A stretch of DNA of 64,000 nt from Octopus sinensis. Taxonomy: Eukaryota. Below, piece after piece: positions 39,901 through 52,600 of the stretch. Location of the stretch: assembly GCF_006345805.1 (NCBI RefSeq), contig NC_043009.1, positions 67,022,001 to 67,086,000 on the forward strand. The letters are read 5' to 3'. The notes below the pieces were generated by a model that searched no databases, was not told the origin of the DNA, and was given only the letters and a program-made list of their open reading frames with translations. Every line of letters begins with the position of its first letter. Within the stretch, counting starts at the first letter, position 1. Position numbers and translations under genes: made by a program.

Positions 39901-41313
39901 CATCATCATCATCATCATCATCCCTATTTAACGTCCATTTTCCATGCTGACGTAGCTGCGATGGTTCGTGAGGAGCTGGAAAATCAGAGAGATGCACCAT
40001 GTTTCATTTGTCTATTTTGGAATGGTTTCTACAACTGGGTACCCTTCCTAATGCCAACCACTTTACAGAGTGTACTGGGCGCTTTTTTTTACACGGTACC
40101 AGTACAAGTACTTAATCACACACACGCACATTTATACATATACCATATAAAAACATATATATGTATTTATGCATATCATAATCATGATTATTTAGTGTCC
40201 ATGTTCCGTGCTAGTATGGGTCGGACAGTTTGACAATTTCTGATGTGTCCAAGGACTACATCATGCTCCAGGGCCTGCTTTAGCATGGCTTCTACAGCTG
40301 GATGACCTTCCCAATGCCAATAAGCGGCGAGCTGGCTGAAATGTTAGCAAGCCAAGCAAAATGCTTAGCAGTATTTCGTCTGCCATTACATTCTGAGTTT
40401 AAATTCTGCTGAGGTCGACTTTGCCTTTCATCCTTTCGGAGTCGATAAATTAAGTACCAGTTGTTTCAGGGCAACTAAATCTTTGTGAGTGGATTTGCGC
40501 TACAGGATCAGAAAGAAGCCCAACATAAATACACGTACACACGCACACGTAATGGTAAGGTACCAAGTTGGGTTGAAAAGTGAAATGTGCACACAACATA
40601 AATAGAGGAATACATATTTAGGTTATCAACATGAAGCAAAGCCTTCTTCAGAGAAGAATTTAGATAATTAAAAACAGAAGAGACATATGTGTACACACAC
40701 ACACATCATCATCATCATCACGGGAGGCGGTATTTGGAGGAGATTGGATGAGGTGCCCATTTGTGCATATACACACACATGGTGCTTCCAGAAGTTAGTT
40801 TTACAGAGGTGGGCAGGTCTTCTCCACCAAATAACTCAGTCCTTTGCTATCTTCTCCATCAAACATTTTTCTTTTTGCATTGTAAGAGGGTCTCCATCTT
40901 TATCATCATCATCATCATCATTTAACATCCATTTTTCCTGCTGGCATGGGTTGGACAATTTGACAACAGCTGACCTGATTCTAATTGTCTGTGGTGGTAT
41001 GGTTACTATGGCCGAATGCCTTTCCTTTCACCAACCACTTTAGGGTGTGCTGGGTGCTTTTTACACGGCACCAGCTCAAGTGCATTCCATGTGGCACCGG
41101 CATGCTTCAACCAAACTACAATGCTTTTCTAACTTTAGATAATTTCTGGGTTTTCTCCCCAACTAAGACCAAAAGTTAAGACAGACCAGCATGTAGCTTT
41201 AACCCAAAACATTTAGTTAAGTGTTCTGGTCAATTTATCAAAAATAAATAAATTAATAAATTAAAATTAAAAAATTCACCAGGAAGGAAAAAAAATACAC
41301 TTTTACACTTATA

Positions 41314-41546
41314 CAGTTCTATATTTAAGAGATGAGGAATTATGTACATTATTTATATTTGACGGATATTTGTCCTCATCTTGTTTGTTGTTAACACAAC
41401 ATTTCGGCTGATATACCTTCTAGCCTTCATCAGGTGTCATGGGGAAATTTTCAAACCTGGATTCTCATTCCTAGGGTATTTTTCGATGCTATTATTGTTG
41501 TTGTTGCTATTATTGTTGTTGTTGTTGCTATTATTGTTGTTGTTGC

Positions 41547-41593
<47 letters not shown>

Positions 41594-41663
41594 TCACTGC
41601 TTGGAATCGAACATGGAATCTTAGGGTAAGCAGCCCGCACTCTTAACCACTATGCCATATGCC
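41314..41663 (-). mobile_element. SINE family D: tRNA head, (AAT/AAC)n, minimal hammerhead motif, no poly(A)
   Basis: Minus: GGCATATGGCATAGTGGTTAAGAGTGCGGG...CATGTTCGATTCCAAG head; GACAC-CTGATGA-A-GGCT..AGCC-GAAATGTT-GTGTT. Confidence 0.8.
41393..41438 (-). ncRNA. minimal type I hammerhead ribozyme motif (this copy has C15.2 to U)
   Basis: Stem I GACAC/GTGTT, core CUGAUGA, stem II GGCU/AGCC, GAAA, predicted cleavage GUU between 41398 and 41397. Confidence 0.65.
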
Positions 41664-41786
41664 TGTTGAGAAGTAGGGATGTGATCCACAGAGGACCAGC
41701 TTCATTTTGATGTATGATACATGTTCCTGTGTTGGTAGTTATACTCGTCCTAAACAAAATGGCATTACTTTTTGACTCACCCTCAT
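41664..41786 (-). mobile_element. mariner left-end fragment
   Basis: TA TGAGGGTGAGTCAAAAAGTAATGCC, a mariner-like TIR. Confidence 0.55.
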
Positions 41787-41823
41787 ACATACATATGCAT
41801 GTATGTATGTATGTATGTATGTA

Positions 41824-41859
<36 letters not shown>

Positions 41860-42269
41860 GTGTGTGTGTGTGTGTGTGTATTTGTGTCCCTTTGTCTTCA
41901 CGTTGTTTGATAAGCTGTGAGTGTGTGACCTGTGATTAGGTTTCTAATTTTAGCTGGGTATTATTGGAATGTTTATGGGTATAAATAGTTTCCCCATTTA
42001 TTTATTTTTTTTTTTGTTGTAGAGATAGCATTGACCTGTCTTGAGGTATCGGGTAACATCCAAAAAGCTGACCTTGGTTCAACTTGGTGTAAATAGTTAT
42101 TCTCAGACCAAATTCTTTGAAGATATTTCTAAGATTCTTCATGCACCTACCCATGGGGTGGCCTTTCATATTACTTGAGGTTCTCAGGCCTTCGTTCTTG
42201 TACACGATTGAATTATGTGGGTATTTCTTATCTTGTATCTTTTATGTCTTTCAGCTATCAGACTGCGAC

Positions 42270-42650
42270 CATGCTGGAGCAACACCCGGAATCTTTTAGT
42301 TGAATGAATCAACCTCGGGACTTTTTTTTAAAGCTTAGTACTTATTCTATTGGTCTCTTTTGCTGAACTGCTAAGTTACAGGGACATAAACACACCAACA
42401 CCAGTTGTCAAGGGGTGGTGTTGGGGGGACAAACACAGACGCAGAAACACATGCACACACACACACACACACACATATACTCATGTATAATGATGGGCTT
42501 CTTTCAGTTTCTGTCTACCAAATCCACCCACAAGGCTTTGGTTGGCTCAAGGCTTATAGTAGAAGACACTTGCCTAAGGTGCCATGCAGTGGGGCTGAAC
42601 CTAGAACCATGTGGTTTGGAAACAAGTTTCTTACCACACAGCCATGCCTG
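42270..42650 (-). mobile_element. SINE family A
   Basis: Reverse complement of the family consensus seen elsewhere in the window. Confidence 0.8.
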
Positions 42651-42673
42651 TGCCTATATATATATATACATAA

Positions 42674-42903
42674 GGCGTCGAGCTGGCAGAGACGTTAGCA
42701 CACCGGGTGAAATGTTTAGCGGCATTTCGTCTGTCGTTACATTCTGAGTTCAAATTCCGCCGAGGTCGACTTTGCCTTTCATCCTTTCGGAGTCGATAAA
42801 TAAAGTACCAGTTACGCACTGGGGTCGATGTAATCGACTTTATCCGTTTGTCTGTCTTTGTTTGTCCCCTCTATGTTTAGCCCCTTGTGGGCAATAAAGA
42901 AAT
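42674..42903 (+). mobile_element. full-length SINE family C with L1/Tx1-like tail
   Basis: ggcgtcgagctggcagagacgttagc head, GAGTTCAAATTCC B-box, ends gccccttgtgggcaataaagaaat. Confidence 0.9.
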
Positions 42904-42907
42904 ATAT

Positions 42908-43302
42908 ATGAGGGGAAGTCAAAAATTATTCACACTTTCACCATAACATATCTTCATTATTGTCACACCAGCTTCTGCACATGTGTGCTTATTGTTGGTA
43001 CTATTGTGGTTATGTGACCAAAGTTTAAGCCTGATTGTGCAATTTTTCTTTCTGGCTTTACAGTGTAAGCATGGCCACTCCACTAGCAATGTGCACCAAA
43101 GAACAAAGAGCAGTGATCACCATTACCATCTCTCAGGCTTACTGAATCTTCTCGTCAGTGGTGGAGGTTGATGGACACCCTGCTCCCTCTTCATGCGTCA
43201 CGCTTGTCCGGCCACTTTTAAACTTCTCTATCCACTCATACACACTTCTATGTGGTAGTGCACTGTTCCCATATTGTGCTAAAAGTCTTTGATGAATTTC
43301 AG
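42908..43302. mobile_element. mariner left end and N-terminal transposase with an internal inversion
   Basis: Plus: TIR tgaggggaagtcaaaaa and ATG at 43071 (MATPLAMCTKEQRAVI). Minus 43126-43302: EIHQRLLAQYGNSALPHRSVYEWIEKFKSGRTSV. Confidence 0.8.
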
Positions 43303-43499
43303 TCTTCTACTACAACCCAAGGACTTCTGAGTGGATGTAGGATATGGAAATGTTGTGTGTGTGTGTGTCTGTGTGTGTGTGTGTGTGTGTGTGTAGTTTT
43401 GAGATTTCCTCAATGGCTTTAAGGAAAACATTTTCACGTGTGAGGTGGAAGAAAAAATGAAATGAGGAAAAGCAAAACTAAAAGAGGGAAAAAGAAAAC

Positions 43500-43692
43500 A
43501 ACAAAATAGAGAGAGAGAGAGTGAAGTAAGAGAAGAAGTTAAGAGAGAGTGTGAGAAAAGACAGAAAGAAAGAAAGATTCTGAAAGAGAAAGAGAGAGGG
43601 AAAGAGAAAGATGAGAGAGAGAGAGGAAGAGGAGAGAGAGAAAAAGAGGAGAGAGAGAAAAAGAGGAGAGAGAGAAAAAGAGGAGAGAGAGA

Positions 43693-43724
<32 letters not shown>

Positions 43725-43907
43725 CAAAAGGAAAATAAGGAAAAGAAAAAAGAAAAGGTATGAAATGTGGAGAAGTTTGATGAGAGAAGGAAAGATAGAT
43801 AGACAGAGGGGGGGGTGAAAATGATGGGGGAAAGTCATAGAAAAATAAAGAAAGAACTGTGACTGAAAAGAGAGAAAGGTTGAGAGAGAGAGAGAGAAGA
43901 GAAGAGA

Positions 43908-43939
<32 letters not shown>

Positions 43940-44207
43940 AGAAATGTAAAAGGATTTGGTAGAAAGCGGAAGATGGGAGAGAAAGTAGGGAAGGGAAGCA
44001 GTGAGAGAGAATGGGAGAAGGCAAGAAGAAAGAAGAGAAAGAGGAAAACGTAAGCTGGAAATAGCAAAGAAGGAAAGAGAGAGAGAGGTGAGTGTGGGTG
44101 GGTTTGTGTGAAGGTGAGGGGGGGGGTCTTTATCAGTGAGGCCAGTCTTTTTTCTCTCCTAATCGTAGAAAATGCAACCATATACACACCATTTCTACAT
44201 TATATAC

Positions 44208-44254
<47 letters not shown>

Positions 44255-44310
44255 ATATATTATATATATACATACATATATACATACATATATATATATA
44301 TATTATATAT

Positions 44311-44382
<72 letters not shown>

Positions 44383-44480
44383 TATAATATACATATATAT
44401 ATATATTATATATATTGTGTGTGTGTATGTATGTACATAAATGTATGTGTGTATGTATGTATTATATATATGTTTGTGTG
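43500..44480. repeat. (GA)n-rich then (AT)n microsatellite/low-complexity block
   Basis: Direct reading; source of the L/S/F-rich ORFs 43279..44187 and 43539..44024. Confidence 0.9.
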
Positions 44481-44620
44481 TATATATACCTGGCAGCTTC
44501 TGGCTCTGGAATTGGTGATACAAGCTTAGGAATGTCAAAATGATAAGGAGGATAGAAGAAAAAGAGTCAAAGAACAACAACAGCAACAAAGAAAAAGAAA
44601 GAAAGAAAGAAAAGAAGAAG

Positions 44621-44678
<58 letters not shown>

Positions 44679-45367
44679 CTATTCTAAACCTTATAGCCCG
44701 CCCTAAAATGTGAAATCTCTGCGTACCCTTTAATTTGAAAATTGGCCGCCATCATTGTCCATAACTTGTCTTGCTGTTTGGTTGCTATGTAAAGTAAGGA
44801 AGATATATTGTAAGGGGCTTCTGGATACAACAGCAATAGTAGGGGTCACTAGATCAGTATTTAAGTGGTTCTGGGTTTTATGTGTAGGAGGTGGTGGTGA
44901 TGGTAGTAGCGGTTGTGTTGTTGTTGTTGCTGTTGTTGTTGCCAAATTGTCTCCCATTAATCTTCCTACCACTTTAGCATAGTGCGCTGGCTGTATTTAA
45001 TCATAGCACAAACACTAGAGAGGTTTCTTGTCTCTTGCAACACTAAAACATCCTCTCTGCCCAACATTGTCCATGTTTGTTCAGGGCAACTTTACTGAAA
45101 TTAGGAGAGAAAGAGCTATGAAAGAAAAAGAGAGCCAAAGTGAGAGCATGACAGGAGAGAGAGAGAGAGAAGAAACAGAGTGGTAGGAGTGAAGGGCATT
45201 AGAGAGAAAAGAGCAGCTGAAGTAAAACTGTGATTGCATGATGGTGGTAGGAAGAGTAATAGAAAAGACACAGGGTAATCAAATAGGGAGGGTGATAAAA
45301 GAGAGTAAAGGTGACAAGAGAGGAGAGAGAGTGATGGTAAGAGAGACTGAAGCAATATCTCTCTTAA

Positions 45368-45605
45368 CCCTTTCGTTACCAACCCGGCTGAAACCGTTTC
45401 TGACTCTGTAGCACAAATGTCTTGTTTTCTTAAGTTCTGAATTGAAATCTTCCACCAAACCTTAGTCACGATTTATGTTCCTAACACTAGCTTAATGATA
45501 ACGAAGTTATTTTACTAAATTCCTTGTTATATTTAAAATTAATTGAAAGAATCACTGAACATCTCAGAATAAATACAGCTCAATAGAAATATGGTAACAA
45601 AAGGG
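45368..45605. mobile_element. piggyBac-type MITE with TTAA TSD
   Basis: TTAA|CCCTTTCGTTACC ... GGTAACAAAAGGG|TTAA. Confidence 0.85.
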
Positions 45606-45662
45606 TTAAAACTTTTCCCAACCCTCTGTATGTGTGTGTGTGTGTAGGTATGTATGTGTGTG

Positions 45663-45697
<35 letters not shown>

Positions 45698-45700
45698 ATA

Positions 45701-45741
<41 letters not shown>

Positions 45742-45769
45742 GGGAGAGAGAGAGGGAAAGAGAGAGAAA

Positions 45770-45988
45770 GCAATTAGAAACTGGAGGGGATCAATAGGTG
45801 GTATTCATTAACTTTTAGACATTATATTATGTCAGTTTGTTTATTTACTAAAATGACAATTACAAGAATATACATACATATATAATTCTTGTAATTGTCC
45901 TTTTACTAAATAAATAAATAAATTGACATAATATAATGTCTAAAATTTGATGAACGCCACCTATTGATCCCCTCCGTTTTCTTATTGC
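45770..45988. repeat. fold-back element, ~100-bp imperfect arms
   Basis: gcaattagaaactggaggggatcaataggtgg...gacaattacaagaat pairs with attcttgtaattgtc...ccacctattgatcccctccgttttcttattgc. Confidence 0.9.
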
Positions 45989-46139
45989 TCTATAAATTAA
46001 TGGTTAAATAACTCTTTTCCTTCACCCATTTATTACACTCGGTAATGTAATTGCAATGCAATGAAAAGACACTTGTGTATTAATAATTGGGTACTCTACC
46101 AGCAGTATATTGAATAGATATTATCCCTTAGTTGGTTGG

Positions 46140-46525
46140 ATTCACAACCTCTAACTTTAGACTGGCCCCTGTGCTGGTGGCATATAAAAGCACCCACTAC
46201 ACTCTCGGGGTGGTTGGCATTAGGAAGGGCATCCAGCTATATAAACTCTGCCAGATCAGATTGGAGCCTGGTGCAGCCATCTGGTTCGCCAGTCCTCAGT
46301 CAAATCGTCCAACCCATGCTAGCATGAAAACCGAACGTTAAACGATGATGATTATATATATATATAATTTTTTATCTTTTACTTGTTTCAGTCATTAGAC
46401 TGTGGCCATGCTGGGGCACCACCTTGAAGAATTTTTTAGCCAAATGAATTGAATTATTTTTTTAAAGCCTGGTACTTATTCTGTCCATCTCTTTTGCCAA
46501 ACTGCTAAGTTATAGGGGTGTAAAC
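46140..46525. mobile_element. SINE B (+, 46140-46352) abutting a SINE A tail fragment (-, 46370-46525)
   Basis: Family motifs as above. Confidence 0.75.
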
Positions 46526-46692
46526 AACTGTAGCAATATCGTCTCTCATTGCTATCTTCCTGTTTGAGAAGAGTATTAAGAATGACCTCGGTCGAGATTA
46601 CAAACAGCTTTGGCTAGTTTAACATTGTTGTAAACACTATTCGTTGGCTGACACGTTGGTCTCTCTACTACGCTCGCACCGCTGGTTATAAC

Positions 46693-46794
46693 TTGGCGCA
46701 AAATGTCTCGACTTATTTTCGCGCCATAGTCCAAGCAGCCAATCACAGCTTTCCATTTCTGAAGTTCACTGGGAGCCTGGTGAAGCTTATAAAA
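46693..46794 (+). promoter_or_regulatory. promoter-like cluster: two E2F-like sites, CCAAT, TATA
   Basis: TTGGCGCAAAA 46693-46703, TTTTCGCGCC 46716-46725, CCAAT 46739-46743, TATAAAA 46788-46794. Confidence 0.35.
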
Positions 46795-46979
46795 CAAGGT
46801 TTCTCAGAAAAAATATTCGTCTTGGTCTTAGTTTTCCAGTCCTTTCAGGGCGAACCTCTGACACACAGAGCTCTTCTTAGGCTTTTAGTTCTTTTAAGAG
46901 CTAAGCCTCTGACCACACAGAATACTCGACCAAGTTTCCAGTTTCGAGGCAGGCGACCACCATTAATACAAGATGTTAC

Positions 46980-47290
46980 AGATACACTCTCATATGTTAG
47001 TGTGAAAAATCACCATGAAGAAAACGGTTACAAGATATTTATAAACTAGAGCATAACCAACATAACATATAATGAAGAAGCAGCAAGAACCAATCGACAA
47101 AAACATCGAAGATTAATTGTACACGAGACAACTACAGATTCAATCTATAGCTGTTAGGTGAAATTCTCGCCACGAGAAAAAGGCTACAGTAACCTGTCTG
47201 GAAGTATTTCATATCAAGAGAAAGATAAACACAACGAGTGATTCAATTAATCTCAACTGCGACATTGCAATATCTTGATAGGGGACTCTT
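46980..47290 (+). mobile_element. possible decayed Penelope-like GIY-YIG endonuclease remnant
   Basis: SVKNHHEENGYKIF and CLEVFHIK pieces resemble the C-terminal H...GH.F...E..HI motifs of PLE endonucleases; heavily disrupted. Confidence 0.35.
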
Positions 47291-48441
47291 ACAGTGTCCT
47301 CAATAACGGTAATCATTATCTTTTCTTGGGTTCTAGTTTCTTCTAAACTACCTTAAGCCATCTGTTATTACCTGTTCCAAGCCGATACCAACAACATTAC
47401 TGTGAATCAAATCCCATCGACATTCACTGGTCAGTACCTTTTTACGCCTAACGAACACACAGACACAAAAACATGCGAACACTACAAACTTCCAAACATC
47501 AAACATGATTGTAAAATATGTAAATAAATAATGTAGATATCTTAAAAAGAAATTCTTGTTGTCATTCCAAACTTATGTGTATTGCCGCTGCATGTAAAAG
47601 ATAGTCAGTAAAAATATTAATAAGATAGGATCATTACTATTTTTATAACCCAACACTGTTTGTCAAGTGGTGGGGGAGGACAAACACAAAGACAAAGGTA
47701 CACACACACACAAAGACACATACAACGGGCTTCTTTCAGTTTCCATTTACAAAATCCACTCACAAGGCTTTGATTAGCTTGAGACTATAGTAGAAAACAC
47801 TTGCCTAAGGTGTCACACAGTGGGACTGAACCCAGAACTATGTTGTTGGGAAACAAACTTCTTACCACACGGCCATGCATGGGGGAGCATCATAGCCATG
47901 TGTTGAGAGGAATTCTTTTGAGTTTGAATAATTCACCTCCGGAAACATGGGTATTTTGTTCATCATTCTTGAAACAAACCTTATTCAGGGACCTTTTGAG
48001 CAGGGTGGGCTACTCGACCTGAAGATAATTCTAACTGAGCCCCACCTGCAAGGTCATGTGCTGTTTATCTTGATGTAAGATCACCATGTTGCACACATAT
48101 GGTTGTGATGCATGCGCCTGGTCTACCCTTATCAGTTGGCTAGTCATGATGGGTATACTGGGCTTCGTATAATTGTACCTCAGTGTCACTTTGATCGCAT
48201 GCATTGCTCTCTCACTCAATAATAATAACTTTGTTTGTGACAAGCTTGAATTCTACGAAAGATAAATGAAAATTAAATAAACTCGGAAGAAAACACAAAC
48301 ACACGCTCACATACAAACACACATATACACTCACATACCTGCACTCATACATATACACACATATACACTCATAGACACCTACATACATACATGCATGCAC
48401 GCACACCTTCAAACATACATGCATACTTACACACACACGCC

Positions 48442-48479
<38 letters not shown>

Positions 48480-48482
48480 ACA

Positions 48483-48552
<70 letters not shown>

Positions 48553-48756
48553 TAAACTTCAGGAAAGGTATTATGTGCATATTCCAACGAAGTATGTATA
48601 CGAATTGAATAGTGGGCGAGTATGCGAATGTTTATATAAAAAGTTTGGGTGTATGTAATGGAGGGAGGGTAAATGAGGATAATAAAAAGTTTGTCTATGC
48701 AGAGAGGAGAAGAGTGGTGTTTATACATGTCTGTATGTGTGTACCTCTCTATCTTT

Positions 48757-48814
<58 letters not shown>

Positions 48815-49756
48815 CCCACACACATGTGCGTGTGGTGTGTATATGTATGTATGGTATATATATGATGGATCGAAGAAAAGAGAGAATATGTCTAACTCTC
48901 TCTCTCTCTCCACACATTCGCATATGTATGTAGTAATCAGTGCCTGTTACTGGCCCAAAAACAAACTACTTCTCTCCTACAGTAGAAGAAAGAAAGAAAG
49001 AGAAAGAGAGAGAGAGACAGAGGGTGGGGGTGGGGGAAAAGGTAAAGCAAAAATTAATATAAGAAAACTGCAACACGAACAAGCAAGCAAGACTAACAAG
49101 CAAAATACACCAACAGCGAACTGGCAGCCCGCGTTACACGTGAGGAAGCAGTGTGTTTTGGAGTTTGAGTTAAACTTTGGTCGTGGCTGGAGGATGAGGA
49201 AGAGAGATAGATAGACAGAAAGAGAGAGAGAGAGGGGTAGAGAGAAAGAGAAAGTAAAGATAGAGTAATGGTGTAGGGTATGTTGCGATGCCTGAGGGCG
49301 GTGGGGAGGAATCGAAACATCAATAATAAGGAGAAAGGTAGAAAAGAAATAAATTGTAGAATAGGTGTGTGAAACAAGGGAGATGCAACCAGAAGATAAT
49401 TTGTGGATGGATCTCTTCTAGGGGATGGATTGAAATGAATTGACGAAAGAGAGTCTATATTTCTTACACAGATTTTATTTAATTGTTACGTAATTATATA
49501 ACTGCAATAATTTGGAAGAAAACGCAAAAGTTTTTTTTTGTTTTTGTTTTTGTTGACTGTTTACAGGGAAAATGTTGTCTGCCGCTGGTGTTGCAAGGAA
49601 GAAGGTAACGCGTTCGAGTCTCACGCGAAAGAAGTTTATTAGCGCGCTCGGGTGTGTGTGTGTGAAAACAGGGAAATTACTGTGGAGTTCGGGGCCGTTT
49701 TAGTTGCATTTTAGGCTTCTGGACAGATCAGTGAATTGGGCCCTATAGTATCTATA

Positions 49757-49982
49757 GGCGAGCTGGCAGAAACGTTAGCACGCCGGGCTAAATCTTAGCG
49801 GCATTTCGTCTTCCGCTACGTTCTGAGTTCAAATTCCGCCGAGGTCGACTTTGCCTTTCATCCTCTCGGGGTCGATTAAATAAGTACCAGTTACGTACTG
49901 GAGTCGATATAACCGACTTAATCCGTTTGTCTGTCCTTGTTTGTCACCTCTGTGTTTAGCCACTTGTGGGTAATAAAGAAAT
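49757..49982 (+). mobile_element. SINE family C with L1/Tx1-like tail
   Basis: Same head and body as 42674; ends gccacttgtgggtaataaagaaat. Confidence 0.9.
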
Positions 49983-50639
49983 AAGTATCTATTTTTTGAG
50001 GACAAGCTACTGCATACATACATAAATCAAAATTGGGTCCCTAGACCTGTGGGGCATGCGGGCAACTGCCCAGTGTATCCATGCCTCAAGACGGCACTGT
50101 TGTAGCTGGCAGATGGAAACTGAGAAAAGGTGGCAGAAGAAATGGGGGTGTTGAGGGTGGCGGGTACTGGTATGGAGTATATATATGTATATACCTGTGT
50201 AAAAAGCCTAGGTACGTCACTGAAATTAGAGCTGAATTCGGTTTATCTATTATTAATTAATCACTGTTAAACCTAAGATAACATCGGATTTCTGACAGGT
50301 GACAAATTGAACAAATGGATTTTAATGCACAATTAGAGAACAATTGAACGTGAAGCCCCAGGTTTCAATTCTTGGTCACGAATTCGTTATGTATCTCCTA
50401 CATAACGAAATACGAAAAGTTATATTTGCTTGCCTGGAACATAAGTAACGAAACCTTAAATATATGCAGTGTATGCGGAAAAAACCCTGCAAGATGCCCG
50501 TGTTTGCAGAAAGTTAGGCAAGTGCTAGATCTACCACAAGTAGCAGAAAAAGGCAACAAGATGAGGCAAAAAATGAAATTCATGTTCGATCAGAGAAGAT
50601 GGAGATAAACGCAATGCCAAAGAAATTCCGCTGTAGTAT

Positions 50640-51420
50640 TCTACAATATAATATGCAGGTTAGCAGATGCGTACAGTTCTGGAAGGAGATACTGGTCTCA
50701 GGATGTGGATAAGTTGGCAACGTACGTCAGGTATTGCGAAATGCCACGTGAGGGCTCATGGGGTGTATTTTAGCCTTTTGACATGCTATCTTCTTTGGTG
50801 ATGACCAGTTGCTGGTGGATAGTCAAATATTTCCGAGGGCTAGCATTTGTTGGAATTATTGCTTCACGGCCTACAGACGACCCGGGTGAGGGATCTACGC
50901 GGGTCTCATAGCGATTGGTGGTCTGTAGGTCTCGATGTGATAGATAATATTGTGTTTAACTGCTTTGTCTTTGAACACTGGACGAGCAATGTCTGGGTAC
51001 TTACAGAATAGCGGTGTACCGTGTGGTTGTTGACTACAAGTGTCTGGGCTGTTATACCCTGCACAGTGAGGCTGGTACTAGCATTAATAAACCTGCAGCG
51101 TTTAACATTTACTAAAAGACTGAAATGATGAAGGAAATCAGTTCCTAAAACAGGAGTCGACAAAAACTTGACAAAGGCCTAAGTCCACAGTAAGAAGCCT
51201 TTCACCAAAAGTTGGAATCGGAAAATGGTTGACTGCCTTCAGAATTGGAGCGGCTTTTCTGGTAAATGGTGTCAAGGAAACTGGTATGACGCTAACTTCG
51301 GCTCTTGTGTCAGAAACAGGTGCCCGTAGAAGGGTCGTTAACGAAGAAAAAAAGGATTTTGTTTATGAGAGCCGGGAGCATTCTCTGACCTCAATTCCTG
51401 TCTGTCTTTAGCAACAGAAC
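50640..51420 (-). mobile_element. degenerate Ty3/Gypsy pol fragment (aspartic protease to RT N-terminus)
   Basis: FFVNDPSTG..DTRAEVSVIP (DTG-like site), TFGERLLTVDLGL, PVLGTDFLHHFSLLVNVKR and SNWSSP motifs in order, with frameshifts. Confidence 0.8.
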
Positions 51421-52401
51421 AGGTTAATATTCTTTGGTGTGGTCTAGATTTAGAGCGTCGAACAAAATACCTTTCGGTATTATATTGCGGCTTTTTCCGT
51501 AGTGCGTTCAAATCCTAGCCAGGTCAACCTTGCATTTCATCCTTTTGTGGGAAGATGAGAGTCAATAAAAAAAAATTTAAAAACGAATCAATCACTGGTG
51601 TCGATGTTATCGACGAAACCCCTCTCCTTAAACCTCTTGGCTTTGTACGTAACTGCGTGTGTGTTTATCTGTTTAATCTGGGCACAGTTTTTTTTTGGTG
51701 GTGGGTGCGGGGATCCAAGAAGTTCAACTACAGTTTCCATCAATGAAACAGGCAGTGAAAAACTTCTGTCCTCTTTCTTTAGTGCCCAAAGCATAATTTA
51801 TTTTGCTATTAATAGTTAATCCAGTCCTGGTTCTAGCCGTGACCTTCCCATCTTTTTATTCAGCCAGAGTATATATATATCTAAGAGTACCATAACTGAA
51901 TGCCACCTTTTTAAATGACCAACTGAGAATAACTTGCATCTGCTTAACTCGCAGACCGAGTAACAATTTAGAGGCTCTTTGCTCATAATTTAGCAAGTAC
52001 TTCTGGAAGGTCGAAGATGCCCCCCTCTCTCCCTTTGTTTTGTCTGTTGTTAGCGGAGTATAATGCACGATGCTCGTGACCAGAGGTGAAAAGAGGAACG
52101 GGAAGAGTAGAATGTGTAAGAGGGAAGTTGAAAAATGGGAGGGGTGGATATTGAGCTGAGGACAGGTAAGAAGGCGACAAGTTGCGCTGTATGTGCGGAG
52201 AGTGTATTGGTGTGGAAGTAAAGGTGACTGCATCGCCACCGCAGTCACTTACCTCCAACTAAATGTACCTGATAAGACCTATAGTCACTCGTTTTTTTCT
52301 TTTTCTTTCAATGACGCCTGCACTAAACACTGTGTTCTATTAGCAGATAGATAGATAGATAGATAGATAGACAGAGACGGACAGACAGACAGACAGATAG
52401 G

Positions 52402-52457
<56 letters not shown>

Positions 52458-52468
52458 CAGATAGATAA

Positions 52469-52600
52469 GTTTCTTTATTGGCCACACAGGGCTGCACACA
52501 GATGGGACAAGTTACAAGGTAGAGCTTTTCTTTTGGGGGATGAAAAAACAAAAAACAAAAGAAACCCCCAAAAAAGGTGGCGTAGGTTTTCGATCAAAAG
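52469..52600 (-). mobile_element. short 3' end of a Tx1/L1-like LINE embedded in (TATC)n
   Basis: Homologous to 55298-55410; GATA/GACA repeats on both sides. Confidence 0.8.

Noticed and set aside
50372-50608. ORF with CSVCGKNPARCPC, zinc-finger-like
   Set aside because: Short, no convincing splice signals or family match; adjacent to a Gypsy remnant.
52238-52270. Possible 16-nt minus-strand micro-exon (ttatcag|...GAG|gtaagt)
   Set aside because: Weak polypyrimidine tract, not a multiple of three, and no partner exons identified.
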